From assembly GCA_016176335.1 (NCBI GenBank), contig JACOXI010000004.1, positions 82,303 to 146,302 of the forward strand: a stretch of 64,000 nucleotides of DNA. The letters run 5' to 3'. Position numbers and translations under genes: made by a program. This stretch comes from Candidatus Daviesbacteria bacterium. GTDB taxonomy: Bacteria; Patescibacteriota; Microgenomatia; Daviesbacterales; UBA10151. The notes under the pieces are model-generated. The model did not search any database. It worked only from the letters and a program-made list of their open reading frames with translations, and was not told the origin of the DNA. This document shows positions 50,192-59,491 of this stretch, piece after piece (within the stretch, counting starts at the first letter, position 1; each line of letters begins with the position of its first letter).

Positions 50192-50830
50192 TTAATCTAT
50201 AACCAGCCGCCCGGAAACGGCAGCAATCTTAGGGGTTGATTCTACCTGGGATAAATCTATTGTTTCAGATTCAAACTTGGTAGCAAACTTTTCTAAATCA
50301 TTCATGAAATAAGCCACTTTACGCCCCCAGGTTGGTGAGGCAGCGTATCTTCTGTTTATGGAATAAGGATCAGTCAGTCCCTTATCCAGGTAGTTCTCCC
50401 TCAAACCTTTTGAAACAGTAAAAATTCCCTCTTTCCAGGAATTAAAAAAGATAGCCTGATTTCCATACACACCCCATCCCCACCCGTTATATCCTCCGGG
50501 GATAAATTTACCAAAAGTAGATTCCACTCCGGCAATTGCGGCAACCAGTTTCCAGTCCAGATTATAAGTTTGGGCAGCATCAACAAAATCTTGGGCATGA
50601 TACTGCAGGGGTGAATCATATTTTGCCAGGTATAAACTCAAAATTTCTGCCCGCCCATCCAGCTGTTTTGCCTTAACTCCTTCTGTAACTTTTTTTTCTT
50701 CATCAGCCCTTGCCACCCTATTTAAGTTAGGGGTGTAAATAATTAACAACATGGCAAGTACCGAAAAGAGAATTTTCATAGCCATAAAAAAATCCTGACT
50801 CTGTAGGACAGATATCAGGATTTGAGCCAT
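50192..50830 (-). CDS. Exported lysozyme-like (glucosaminidase-type) protein
   Basis: LDWKLVAAIAGVESTFG, YNGWGWG; start codon uncertain. Confidence 0.7.
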   Translation of the reverse strand: MAQILISVLQSQDFFMAMKILFSVLAMLLIIYTPNLNRVARADEEKKVTEGVKAKQLDGRAEILSLYLAKYDSPLQYHAQDFVDAAQTYNLDWKLVAAIAGVESTFGKFIPGGYNGWGWGVYGNQAIFFNSWKEGIFTVSKGLRENYLDKGLTDPYSINRRYAASPTWGRKVAYFMNDLEKFATKFESETIDLSQVESTPKIAAVSGRLVID

Positions 50831-50912
50831 TTATAGTATCAAATTTAACTTCAAAAGTCAAATACTAGAGGATAAACTTCCTTCGGAAGACTGTAATCTA
50901 ATCGATTATAAA

Positions 50913-51500
50913 TTACCTTAACTCTTCCATGAAAGAGGAAACCCCTTTGGCCCAGGCTCCGTCTTTTTCCAACGAGGGAGGGGTATATTTGGTCATAATT
51001 TGTTCAGGTGTGACCAAGCCTTTGTTAAGGTAATCTTCCCTTAAAGCCCTGCCCACTCTTGCTATTGCTTCCTCCCATGATCCAAATTTTAGGATAATAT
51101 TCCCGTATATCCCGTAGCCAAAAGGGTTGTATGACCCTTCAATTACTTTTTTCCCGGCGTTGGACTCCTGCATGGCAATAGCTGGCAGTAATCTGTAGTC
51201 AAGCGCATATTGGTCGGAAATTTGTATAAGTAAGTTGCCCAAGCCTGCCAAGGGTGATTGATAGTTTAAGAAAAAATCCTCAATAATTTTTGCTCTGGCA
51301 TCTGCTTTTTTAATGTCCTGGGAGGATTCAAATATATTATTAGGCAAGGCTGCAAATAACCCGAACTGTTGGTTGGAAAAGGCTACCACCTTGTTGGTGT
51401 TTAAGTAGATATTAAAAAGTATTGCAAAAATTAGGGAGATGAAAGTGGCAGCAAACCAGGTGCCCACCAGCCCCACTCCAACTGAATATGTTTTGTCCAT
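50913..51500 (-). CDS. Exported lysozyme-like protein, paralog of the neighbouring gene
   Basis: LDYRLLPAIAMQESNAG, YNPFGYG, LREDYLNKGL. Confidence 0.7.
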   Translation of the reverse strand: MDKTYSVGVGLVGTWFAATFISLIFAILFNIYLNTNKVVAFSNQQFGLFAALPNNIFESSQDIKKADARAKIIEDFFLNYQSPLAGLGNLLIQISDQYALDYRLLPAIAMQESNAGKKVIEGSYNPFGYGIYGNIILKFGSWEEAIARVGRALREDYLNKGLVTPEQIMTKYTPPSLEKDGAWAKGVSSFMEELR

Positions 51501-51688
51501 ACTTCGACTTCGTTCACTATGGACCTCTTCGAGTCTGAGCACTGAGGTGCTCACCTCAGAGTCGAAGACCTGAGTCTATCGAATGGGTCCATCTGCTTTT
51601 TGTTGCAAAAATATTAACCTTAATTTTTGAGGTTTGTCAACCCTTCAGTTTAATTCAGGGTTGATCCTGAGCCTGCCGAAGGATCAAT
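51501..51688. repeat. Cluster of nested REP-like palindromes
   Basis: CTTCGACTTCGTTCA; TCTTCGAGTCTGAG...CTCAGAGTCGAAGA; CCTGAGTCTATCGAA; TTGATCCTGAGCCTGCCGAAGGATCAA. Confidence 0.75.
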
Positions 51689-51697
51689 TGGGTCAAA

Positions 51698-52702
51698 CTA
51701 ACTCAACTGAAGAATTGTCGAGGCTAATTTTTGCGGATCGTGCCTGAATAAATGCTCACGGATATGGTAGAGCGCCAGCGGTTTTTTTATAATTTTAGTT
51801 TTAGGGGAAATTTTTTTGCAGGTTTCCTCATCAACCTCAACAGGCTGCTGTTTATCCTTTTTGTAAACCTTCAGAATCTCCGCGCCCATGCTATTTTCAT
51901 TGGCAATCATATAATCAATTCTGTCATTTCCTCCCAGATAATATGTGAATGCTTTAAGGTAATCTGATGCCTTAAAGTTATCTGTTTCACCCACTTTAGT
52001 CATCAGGTTTAGTATCAAAATTACTTTGGCCTTTGACTCGTCAATGGCTTCTTTAATTCCGCCTACCAAAAGATGAGGTAGAATGCTGGTGTATAAATCT
52101 CCTGCGGAAAAGATGATTTTTTCAGCATCAAGTATTGCTTGAATTGCTTGTGGATTGGGATCCGCATTGGTTTCAAAATAAATCCTGGTGATTCTTTTTT
52201 TGGGATTATAGTCGCTTTTTCCCCCTCTCAAATCAATAGTTGCTTCGCCTTCCAGTTCTTCTCCGCCCTCCAGTTTTGCCATTAAATTCAACTCCGATAT
52301 ACTGACCGGACAAACACGAGCCCTGATCCTGAAAAGCAATCTCTCGGCCTCAATTCCACGGTCTGCTCCTTTGTAGATATGCTCAAGCCGGGCAGAGATT
52401 AAATTACCAAGGCTGTGGCCCCGCAAGGGCCCCGGAATATCCGCAAGACGGTCATCAAACAGTTTTTGGGCCACCTGGCGCTGTTTTGGATCCTCCATTA
52501 AAGCCAGGAGGCATTGACGCATATCCCCGGGAGGTAAAACTCCCAGTTCGGTTCGCAGTCTGCCGGAAGAACCGCCGCTGTCCCAAGTTCCCACAATTGC
52601 GGTGATAAGTTCAGGTTGGTTTAGTTCAACCAATCCCCGAAGAAGCGAGAAATGACCGGTTCCTCCACCGAGGGAAACTATTTTTTGTTTAAATGTTGCC
52701 AT
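51698..52702 (-). CDS. yvcK: YvcK/GlmR (CofD-like) gluconeogenesis and cell-wall factor
   Basis: LGGGTG, DSGGSSGRLR, LPPGDMRQCL, GHSLGNL, LYTSILP, RHDP. Confidence 0.93.
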   Translation of the reverse strand: MATFKQKIVSLGGGTGHFSLLRGLVELNQPELITAIVGTWDSGGSSGRLRTELGVLPPGDMRQCLLALMEDPKQRQVAQKLFDDRLADIPGPLRGHSLGNLISARLEHIYKGADRGIEAERLLFRIRARVCPVSISELNLMAKLEGGEELEGEATIDLRGGKSDYNPKKRITRIYFETNADPNPQAIQAILDAEKIIFSAGDLYTSILPHLLVGGIKEAIDESKAKVILILNLMTKVGETDNFKASDYLKAFTYYLGGNDRIDYMIANENSMGAEILKVYKKDKQQPVEVDEETCKKISPKTKIIKKPLALYHIREHLFRHDPQKLASTILQLS

Positions 52703-52753
52703 TTAACTTTGTATTATACAACAAAAAATTGATATAATTTGCTGGAAGAATAT

Positions 52754-52839
52754 GCCGAAGTGGCGGAATGGCAGACGCGCAGGCCTCAGAAGCTTGTCCC
52801 CGCAAGGGGGTGGAGGTTCAACTCCTCTCTTCGGCACCA
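52754..52839 (+). tRNA. tRNA-Leu(CAG)
   Basis: GCCGAAG/CTTCGGC acceptor, CTCAGAA anticodon loop, encoded CCA. Confidence 0.95.
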
Positions 52840-52840
52840 T

Positions 52841-52922
52841 GCCGGGGTGGTGAAATGGTATACACGCTACCTTGAGGTGGTAGTGCCCAAAAGGCGTGCA
52901 GGTTCAACTCCTGTCCCCGGCA
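52841..52922 (+). tRNA. tRNA-Leu(GAG)
   Basis: GCCGGGG/CCCCGGC acceptor, CTACC-TTGAGGT-GGTAG. Confidence 0.95.
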
Positions 52923-52935
52923 CTGATATATTTAT

Positions 52936-53009
52936 GGACTCGTAGCTCAGTTGGTTAGAGCGGTCGCCTTACACGCGACAGGTCAGGGGTTCGACTCCTC
53001 TCGAGTCCA
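52936..53009 (+). tRNA. tRNA-Val(TAC)
   Basis: GGACTCG/CGAGTCC acceptor, GTCGC-CTTACAC-GCGAC. Confidence 0.95.
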
Positions 53010-53074
53010 CACAACGTCCCATAGTTGATAAATTTGTTTTGAACTGGTAGAATAATGCATTAACTGTATTTATT

Positions 53075-53791
53075 ATGCCTGAACAAAGTATTCCAATTTA
53101 TTCGGAACAAGAATTAAATAAATTATTAGAGGATCCAAAATTCTCATCCAAAATCGGTGGATATTCTACCTTTTCTCTTGGCCTGATAAGAAGGGGTTTT
53201 GCAAGTGGAAGCTTCGCTATCCCTACCTACGGACCTTCTTGGGACCAACATATAAGCCTGGATTTACACCCAGATGTTTTTAAGGAAGTTTTTGGCATAG
53301 CTCCTATTTCAACACCTTTTCCGAGAAGTTTATATGAAAACCGGGGACATGGATCAACTTGGGCTGCCTATGAGCTATACTGCGAGACAGTCAGGAAAAA
53401 TGCAAGTTTTGATGAACTGGATGAAATGTATTTAGATGTTCATTTCCGAGCACTTTCAGAAACTTACGAAAGGACCAAACTAACAAGTATAAAAGAATTA
53501 ATTGCAAGCTGTCCTATACTCTTAAGACATGGTCACCCCGAAGAGGATATAAGAAAATATTTTAGATTTGACAAAAGTCTCATCAGAGTATTAGAAGGAA
53601 TGAAAAGACGAAAAGGAATACAGGTTCTCTATGGAGATAGGGAGAGTTTAACAGAATTTGTCTCAGATCCTTTAAGCGATGGGGAAGGTATCGACGATGC
53701 CGCCATTGCTGTAGCCAGAAGTATACCCGGCGAATTGGTATTAGGATTCATTCCTTTGGGGGAATATGAAAAAGCGGCTCTTATTTTATAG
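53075..53791 (+). CDS. Hypothetical protein
   Basis: 238-aa ORF with TTGATA-17-TAGAAT upstream. Confidence 0.7.
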   Translation: MPEQSIPIYSEQELNKLLEDPKFSSKIGGYSTFSLGLIRRGFASGSFAIPTYGPSWDQHISLDLHPDVFKEVFGIAPISTPFPRSLYENRGHGSTWAAYELYCETVRKNASFDELDEMYLDVHFRALSETYERTKLTSIKELIASCPILLRHGHPEEDIRKYFRFDKSLIRVLEGMKRRKGIQVLYGDRESLTEFVSDPLSDGEGIDDAAIAVARSIPGELVLGFIPLGEYEKAALIL

Positions 53792-53909
53792 GAGCTTCTA
53801 CACTTACCCGGATATCTATGTTAGTAATTCTTGCTAAAATGTGTCAGAGCCAGTTCGTATAGTGGCACCAACTAACACCCTCCTTATGATATACTAGTGA
53901 GCATTATTT

Positions 53910-55652
53910 ATGTGTGGAATTTTTGGCTATATTGGGCAGGCAAATGATGCAGCGCAAAAGGTTTTTAATGGCCTTTTGGATATTGAATACCGTGGTTATG
54001 ATTCCTGGGGAGTAGCTTACTGGAAGATGGATAATGTAGGGTGGAAGATAGAAAAGAGGGTTGGCTTTCTCCCATCCAGTTTCAAATTTCCAGCTTCTAA
54101 TATTTCCATAGGTCACACAAGATGGGCAACTCACGGCGGAGTAACAGTTACAAATGCTCATCCACACTTAAGTTGTGATGGAAAGCTGGCTCTGGTTCAT
54201 AACGGTATTGTGGAAAATTATCTTGAACTTAAAAAGGAATTAAAATCCCATAAATTAAAATCTGAAACAGATACTGAGATAATAATTCATCTGATTGAGG
54301 ACCGGTTTAAAAACAACTCCTTAAAACATGCTGTGGCAGAAATTTTTAATAAAATGGCAGGGCTTTCCGCCATTGTAGTTTCCGATGGCAGAGAAATTGT
54401 GGCTTGCAAGAGAGGATCCCCTTTGGTTTTAGGTAAAACCAAAAGCGGATTTGTAATAGCTTCAGACCCTAATGCAATTTTGCCTTTAACAAATAAACTT
54501 ATATTTTTAGAAGACGGGCAATTGGTTGTTTTAAATAAAGAGCTAAAGCTTTATGAAGTCAAAGATTTAAATGAAATTCAGGCTGAATTTACCAATATTG
54601 ACTGGAAATATACGCAAGGCACAAAAGGTCAATTCCCCCATTTTATGCTTAAAGAAATTTACGAACAGCCCCAAGTTTTATATAACCAAATTCAAAGCTT
54701 GGATTCTGTGGAAAAAATCATCAAAGAATTAAAAAATGCCTTTGGTACTTACTTTTTGGGATGTGGTTCTGCATCGTACACCTGTTTTTTAGGGGAATAT
54801 GCTTTTTCAAAAATTGCCAAAAAGCATGTGAATTTTTCAATAGGGTCTGAATTTAATTATACTGAGGATTTTTTAACAGATAAAAGTTTACTTATAGCAG
54901 TATCTCAGTCTGGTGAAACTATTGATGTTGTGGAACCTGTAAATTTGGCCAAAAAGAAAGGCACAAAAGTTGTGGCCTTAACTAACACATTAGGTTCAAC
55001 TCTTTATAGAATGGCAGATATAAAACATCTTTTAAATGCTGGGCCTGAAAAAGCCGTAGCATCCACTAAAGCGGTAATTGCCATGGTAGCGAATTTGCTG
55101 CTTTATGCATATGGATTTGCAGGCAAGTTAGAAGAAGGAATTAAGGTGATTGAAAATAGTGCAAAAGAGATTGAAGAAATTATCAAAAAACAAGGCGAGA
55201 TTAAAAAACTGGCAGACAAAATTTATCAGGCTCAGCATACTTTCGTTTTAGGAAGAGGCCTTTCTTACCCGGTGGCGCTAGAAGCTGCCCTTAAAATTAA
55301 GGAAACTTCATATATCCATGCAGAAGGATTTGCATCTGGTGAGTTAAAGCATGGTTGTATTGCTTTAATAGATAAGGGGACGCCGGTTATTTTATTCGTC
55401 CCCGAAGATGAAACACGCCCTGCTGTTTTGGCAAATGCCATGGAAGTTAAGGCCAGGGGTGCTTATGTTGTGGGGGTGGGAGTTGAAAAAGCCCCAAGTT
55501 TTGATTACTTTTTTAAAGTAAAAGATGTTGGGGCTTCATCTGTTTTACCCCACATTGTTTTTGCCCAGTTGTTAGGTTATTTTTTGGCAGTGAAAAAAAG
55601 ACTTAATCCGGATAAACCCAGAAATTTGGCCAAAAGCGTGACTGTTAAATAG
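53910..55652 (+). CDS. glmS: Glutamine-fructose-6-phosphate aminotransferase
   Basis: MCGIFG, GHTRWATHG, SQSGET, ELKHG, PRNLAKSVTV. Confidence 0.99.
   Translation: MCGIFGYIGQANDAAQKVFNGLLDIEYRGYDSWGVAYWKMDNVGWKIEKRVGFLPSSFKFPASNISIGHTRWATHGGVTVTNAHPHLSCDGKLALVHNGIVENYLELKKELKSHKLKSETDTEIIIHLIEDRFKNNSLKHAVAEIFNKMAGLSAIVVSDGREIVACKRGSPLVLGKTKSGFVIASDPNAILPLTNKLIFLEDGQLVVLNKELKLYEVKDLNEIQAEFTNIDWKYTQGTKGQFPHFMLKEIYEQPQVLYNQIQSLDSVEKIIKELKNAFGTYFLGCGSASYTCFLGEYAFSKIAKKHVNFSIGSEFNYTEDFLTDKSLLIAVSQSGETIDVVEPVNLAKKKGTKVVALTNTLGSTLYRMADIKHLLNAGPEKAVASTKAVIAMVANLLLYAYGFAGKLEEGIKVIENSAKEIEEIIKKQGEIKKLADKIYQAQHTFVLGRGLSYPVALEAALKIKETSYIHAEGFASGELKHGCIALIDKGTPVILFVPEDETRPAVLANAMEVKARGAYVVGVGVEKAPSFDYFFKVKDVGASSVLPHIVFAQLLGYFLAVKKRLNPDKPRNLAKSVTVK
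54021..54101. repeat. Degenerate 7-bp array with inverted arms inside glmS
   Basis: TGGAAGA TGGATAA TGTAGGG TGGAAGA TAGAAAA ... ATCCAGT TTCAAAT TTCCAGC TTCTAAT. Confidence 0.6.
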
Positions 55653-55707
55653 TTTATAGTTTGAGCCCAGAAATCTAGCCGGATGTGTAATTATTAGATG
55701 AATTAGG

Positions 55708-56586
55708 CTAAACTTTTCTCAGGCTTGCAGGGAAAGCAAGATGCCATGAAGGAAGAGGTCTCTGTATTTGCCCTCCATATCCAACAGCGCGTGGCAATTG
55801 TCTAAGAAATTCATTATCTCCTCCCTGGAAACCAACAATGACTTGTGAGGGACCTCGTAATGCATAAAAACCCCAAGGTGCTAAATGGCTTGCATCAAAC
55901 GCATAAAATCCTCCAAATCTTAATATTCCCCTCCATAGTGGATATGGAGCAGGAGGAATCATTCTTTCCGTAATAAGAGCCGCACTGAATGTACGAGCAT
56001 AAGATTCTGTATCTGTTGGAATTCTTTCTGCTTCCGCCTCCGGAACAGTTACACCATATACATTTTGGGGATATTCCAACGGGGAAGGGGCCACATCGAT
56101 TTGTTGAATGTCAAAGCCATCCCTCAGAAGCCAGGCAACTCCGATAGGGCGCTTTAAATTGGGTTCATAAGTTCCAATACGAAGATGGCGGGGTGTGAAA
56201 TGTCCAGGTTTATCAGGACAATCATTTCGTTCTATCTCTATAGTTGCGGTTGCCTGCTCAAGAGCAAAAGGTTCATCCGAAACCTCAGGATTTCCGATCC
56301 AAAGTATAGAGCGGGTACGTGGATGCTGTATTAGCTGGAAATTCATTCCTTGTAGATGATGAGTAACCACAGCAGTTGGTCTTTGAATATCAATACCGAT
56401 TGCCACCCTTATTAGATCTTGAATTCCGCGAAAAGTAAAGGGGATTCTTCTTGTAGGTTCTTCCTTTGTACCGAGCCTAGCTGCTGCTGTTCTTCTATCT
56501 ACTCCTATTAATCCATTTAGAGATAAAACTTTGTGAGGTTTGGAGATTTCTTGAACCAATGCTATTTCTACACCCAATCCTGCCAT
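55708..56586 (-). CDS. Hypothetical protein
   Basis: 292-aa ORF; no motif recognised. Confidence 0.65.
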   Translation of the reverse strand: MAGLGVEIALVQEISKPHKVLSLNGLIGVDRRTAAARLGTKEEPTRRIPFTFRGIQDLIRVAIGIDIQRPTAVVTHHLQGMNFQLIQHPRTRSILWIGNPEVSDEPFALEQATATIEIERNDCPDKPGHFTPRHLRIGTYEPNLKRPIGVAWLLRDGFDIQQIDVAPSPLEYPQNVYGVTVPEAEAERIPTDTESYARTFSAALITERMIPPAPYPLWRGILRFGGFYAFDASHLAPWGFYALRGPSQVIVGFQGGDNEFLRQLPRAVGYGGQIQRPLPSWHLAFPASLRKV

Positions 56587-56731
56587 AATTTCAGGGCAAT
56601 GTGGTCAGTTTAACACCATGTAGAAGAAAGTCAAGAGTTTAGATTACCTTTTACATCTGCCCTGATAATTTCTGCAATCTTAGCTCTAATCTTCATTTTT
56701 TTCAGAAAGTGAGATATAATCTACCTGTTTT

Positions 56732-56804
56732 GCCTCGATTGCCAACGTGGTCAAGGCGTCCGCCTGAAGAGCGGATTATCTCAGTTCGATTCTGGGTCGA
56801 GGCA
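56732..56804 (+). tRNA. tRNA-Phe(GAA)
   Basis: GCCTCGA/TCGAGGC acceptor, TCCGC-CTGAAGA-GCGGA, CTCAG-TTCGATT-CTGGG; atypical D arm. Confidence 0.9.
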
Positions 56805-56963
56805 CATCATAACAGCCAGTCGAAATATACTAAATTTACTGCACTGTTTGAGTTAGTTTATAGGGAAGAATATCAAACAAAGCACGAAGCTTATAGACGA
56901 GAGATGTACTTTAAAACAGGAAAAGGTAGAGAAGAGATTAAAAATATTCTAATGCGGCGGTAG
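56805..56963 (+). pseudogene. C-terminal fragment of a small GIY-YIG endonuclease (YazA/UPF0213-like)
   Basis: HN..SKYTK...ELVYREEYQTKHEAYRREMYFKTGKGRE; no GIY/YIG N-terminus and no start codon. Confidence 0.8.
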
Positions 56964-57025
56964 TTCAGTGGTAGAATGTCTCGTTGCCAACGAGAAGGTC
57001 GCCGGTTCAAATCCGGTCCGCCGCT
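56954..57025 (+). tRNA. tRNA-Gly(GCC)
   Basis: GCGGCGG/CCGCCGC acceptor, TCTCG-TTGCCAA-CGAGA, discriminator U73. Confidence 0.96.
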
Positions 57026-57298
57026 CATAACCGGACCTGTTTTTGGAAATTCTGCCAATTTGTCCTCAAAAATAATCTTTTCTCTATTCCAAGCCTCAAT
57101 TTTTAACTTTTTTTCGGTAGCTTCAGAAAATTTATACCGGTGATCGGAATTGAACCTGTCTCAGTTTTTTTCAATAAATTGAATTGAACTAGTTGTTGTA
57201 CTCGTAGTAGTGGTAGCTCTGGTTTATGAAGTAGATTATTGATACAGTGAACCAAGTACTTGACAAAATAGAAACTAGTATGCTAGTCTATTATTAAG

Positions 57299-57988
57299 AT
57301 GGCAATTCAATGGTATCAAAGATCAGACTCGTTTCTTAGGGATACAACTCCAAAGATTACTCTACGTAAGGAGCATATAGGTTACAATGCCGTGTTTACC
57401 AAAGTAGCCAACTTGAACCAATATAACAGAGTTCGACCGGGCATTGATTATGAAAACTATAGAATATATTTCCAGTTTCTTTATCAAGACAAAAATGTTA
57501 AAGGTGTGGAAGGTAATTTTAAGGATACATTAGCTCTCTATTCAGATAATCCTAATGATGTTACCAAATCTACAGGTGCTCAGAAGCTATATGAGCACCA
57601 TGCATTACTTAGGAATATCTCTGAGTATGAAAACCAAAAACATAGACAGTTTGAGGTAAAACAAGACCTTGAGGATACTAGCATCTGGTTTGCCCAGCTT
57701 CATCCTACCTTTGAACACATTGTAGGGCCTACTGCCGATCTTAAAGGTTTAAGAGGTATATATCGATACAAAAATAACGGCTTGATAGTATATATTGGAA
57801 AGGGTGTTATTGAGTCCAGAATAAATGCTCCTAAAAGAACGAAATGGGTATACGATACCATTGAATATTCAGTCATAAACGATCCCGAAAAACAATTTGA
57901 ATGGGAAAACTTTTGGATTAAGAAGTACAAAGAGGATAACGAAGGAAAATTGCCGTTCTATAACCAAAATAGTGGAAGAGGCCATTAA
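57299..57988 (+). CDS. Protein with a C-terminal GIY-YIG nuclease-like domain
   Basis: GIYRY...VYIGKG...R...E...LPFYN. Confidence 0.75.
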   Translation: MAIQWYQRSDSFLRDTTPKITLRKEHIGYNAVFTKVANLNQYNRVRPGIDYENYRIYFQFLYQDKNVKGVEGNFKDTLALYSDNPNDVTKSTGAQKLYEHHALLRNISEYENQKHRQFEVKQDLEDTSIWFAQLHPTFEHIVGPTADLKGLRGIYRYKNNGLIVYIGKGVIESRINAPKRTKWVYDTIEYSVINDPEKQFEWENFWIKKYKEDNEGKLPFYNQNSGRGH

Positions 57989-58053
57989 TCACGACTCGAC
58001 CTCATTTGTCGTATTATAATTCTGGGGATTTTTGCCGGAGACCAAATTCTGAC

Positions 58054-58914
58054 CTATTCAACTTTAGCTATTGCTACACCAAATTTTCTTTTTGTTCCTT
58101 TTTCATCATTTGTAACTACTGGAATTAAACCTCCAAAAAAGCGGCTTGATAAGGACAATACAATAAAATCTTGGAGGAAACAAAAGACATTGTTGTAAAC
58201 AATATCGACAAATTCAGATCCTAGAATTTGATTTTCAACTTTTGGGTATTGTTTATGTAGCTTACCGTTAACTGTAGTAACTCCCAATGGGGTGATAATT
58301 GTTGCACCCATATGCTCGGTTTTCGTCCTTATATCTCGAAGTTTTCTAAACCACGACTCACTTGCTTCTATAAGCTTAATAAGTTTTTCAACATTAGATT
58401 GAGATCCTTGGGGAACATTTCTCTTTAATGATTTTGAAACCTGTAAACCGGCGTCACCATAAGTGGTTAAATTGATATTCCATAATGGTCTAAGCAATTT
58501 TACTACAGCATCTTGTGCTGCCTTTGAATTGCTAATAACGTCATCTACTGCTCCCTCTAACTCAGTAGAACTATCTTGATGTGAAACTTGAACACTGCTT
58601 GTGTCAGACTCATGCCTTTTGACAAGATGCTCCATCTTAGTTTTTTCGAGTTCTAAATAACGATCTGTTGCATCAGCAAGACGACCTAATTTCTTCATAG
58701 TAGAGAGAATTGGTTCAAACAATTCTTCCTTTTTCTTGTCTGGCAAATCGATAAATTGATTAAGTTCAAAACACAGTGGGGTAAAACCAGCCCCTATTTC
58801 CATTCCTCTGGCACTATCCATCTTGAATAACGAAGTTAGAGTTCCTTTCATTCTTTGCGTCCCAAAAAAGCGATCTCTGTGGCCAAGACGGTCATCTGTT
58901 ACCAGTGCCGACAT
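58054..58914 (-). CDS. Hypothetical protein, possible HEPN-type RNase
   Basis: Helical protein with WFRKLRDIRTKTEH (R-X4-H); GAGGGAG Shine-Dalgarno before ATG 58914. Confidence 0.55.
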   Translation of the reverse strand: MSALVTDDRLGHRDRFFGTQRMKGTLTSLFKMDSARGMEIGAGFTPLCFELNQFIDLPDKKKEELFEPILSTMKKLGRLADATDRYLELEKTKMEHLVKRHESDTSSVQVSHQDSSTELEGAVDDVISNSKAAQDAVVKLLRPLWNINLTTYGDAGLQVSKSLKRNVPQGSQSNVEKLIKLIEASESWFRKLRDIRTKTEHMGATIITPLGVTTVNGKLHKQYPKVENQILGSEFVDIVYNNVFCFLQDFIVLSLSSRFFGGLIPVVTNDEKGTKRKFGVAIAKVE

Positions 58915-59090
58915 TCGCTCCCTCAAAAGGTACTTTCACCACAAAGATCTTTCGGTACACCTAGTATATCACTTCTTCAGATCCTTGAAGCTATTTATCT
59001 TTAGGTGATGCATCAGAGCTACTAACTCTAACCCTAGCTCAGGAGTGATATAATCAAAAAGGTTCGAGCGAAGTACGGTTACCAGCTCTG

Positions 59091-59153
59091 GGTTCAATGG
59101 TAGATGGTCGCCACGGCGACAGGTCGTGGGTGCGAGTCCCGTCTCCCGCTCCA
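59091..59153 (+). pseudogene. Degenerate tRNA-Gly-like remnant
   Basis: GTTCAATGGTAGA D-loop-like segment, collapsed anticodon hairpin, then AGGTCGTGGGTGCGAGTCCCGTCTCCCGCTCCA; the 5' acceptor strand is missing. Confidence 0.7.
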
Positions 59154-59154
59154 C

Positions 59155-59184
59155 AAAAATCCGGCCCCATTTGAGCCGGATTTT
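59155..59184. terminator. Bidirectional intrinsic terminator-like hairpin
   Basis: AAAATCCGGC-loop-GCCGGATTTT. Confidence 0.7.
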
Positions 59185-59212
59185 AAAATAATACCAATCC
59201 TTAAGAGACAGA

Positions 59213-59401
59213 TTATTTTTTAACCATTAAGCTGTATAGTTTATAGACTCCTGCAACTCCAACTAAAACGTAAGCAGCTCTGGTCAAAACACTTCCCGAA
59301 CCAAGTACTGCTTCTACAAGATTAACATTTAAAACACCTATCAAACCCCAGTTCACTGCCGCCAAAGCAACAACCCAGCCGACTAGCATTTTGGTATTCA
59401 C
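59213..59401 (-). CDS. DUF378-like small membrane protein
   Basis: AVNWGLIGVLNVNLVEAVLG...YVLVGVAG. Confidence 0.85.
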   Translation of the reverse strand: MNTKMLVGWVVALAAVNWGLIGVLNVNLVEAVLGSGSVLTRAAYVLVGVAGVYKLYSLMVKK

Positions 59402-59491
59402 CTTTTTATCACCCCCTTTATTTACATCATAGACATAATTTAATACCAAAAGTCAATAAGGTATAATATGGTAGATTGGAGGTGAGGAAAT

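Noticed and set aside
51501-51554. GTG-started extension (MSTSVLRLEEVHSERSRS) of the 50913 gene
   Set aside because: It is encoded by REP-like palindromes; the likely start is ATG 51500.
53849-53867. GCCAGTTCGTATAGTGGC resembles a tRNA 5' end
   Set aside because: No anticodon arm, T arm or 3' acceptor strand follows; too short to support a call.
56709-56804. 5' part of the 84-aa ORF 56709..56963 as an intact gene
   Set aside because: It overlaps tRNA-Phe completely; only the downstream part resembles a protein.
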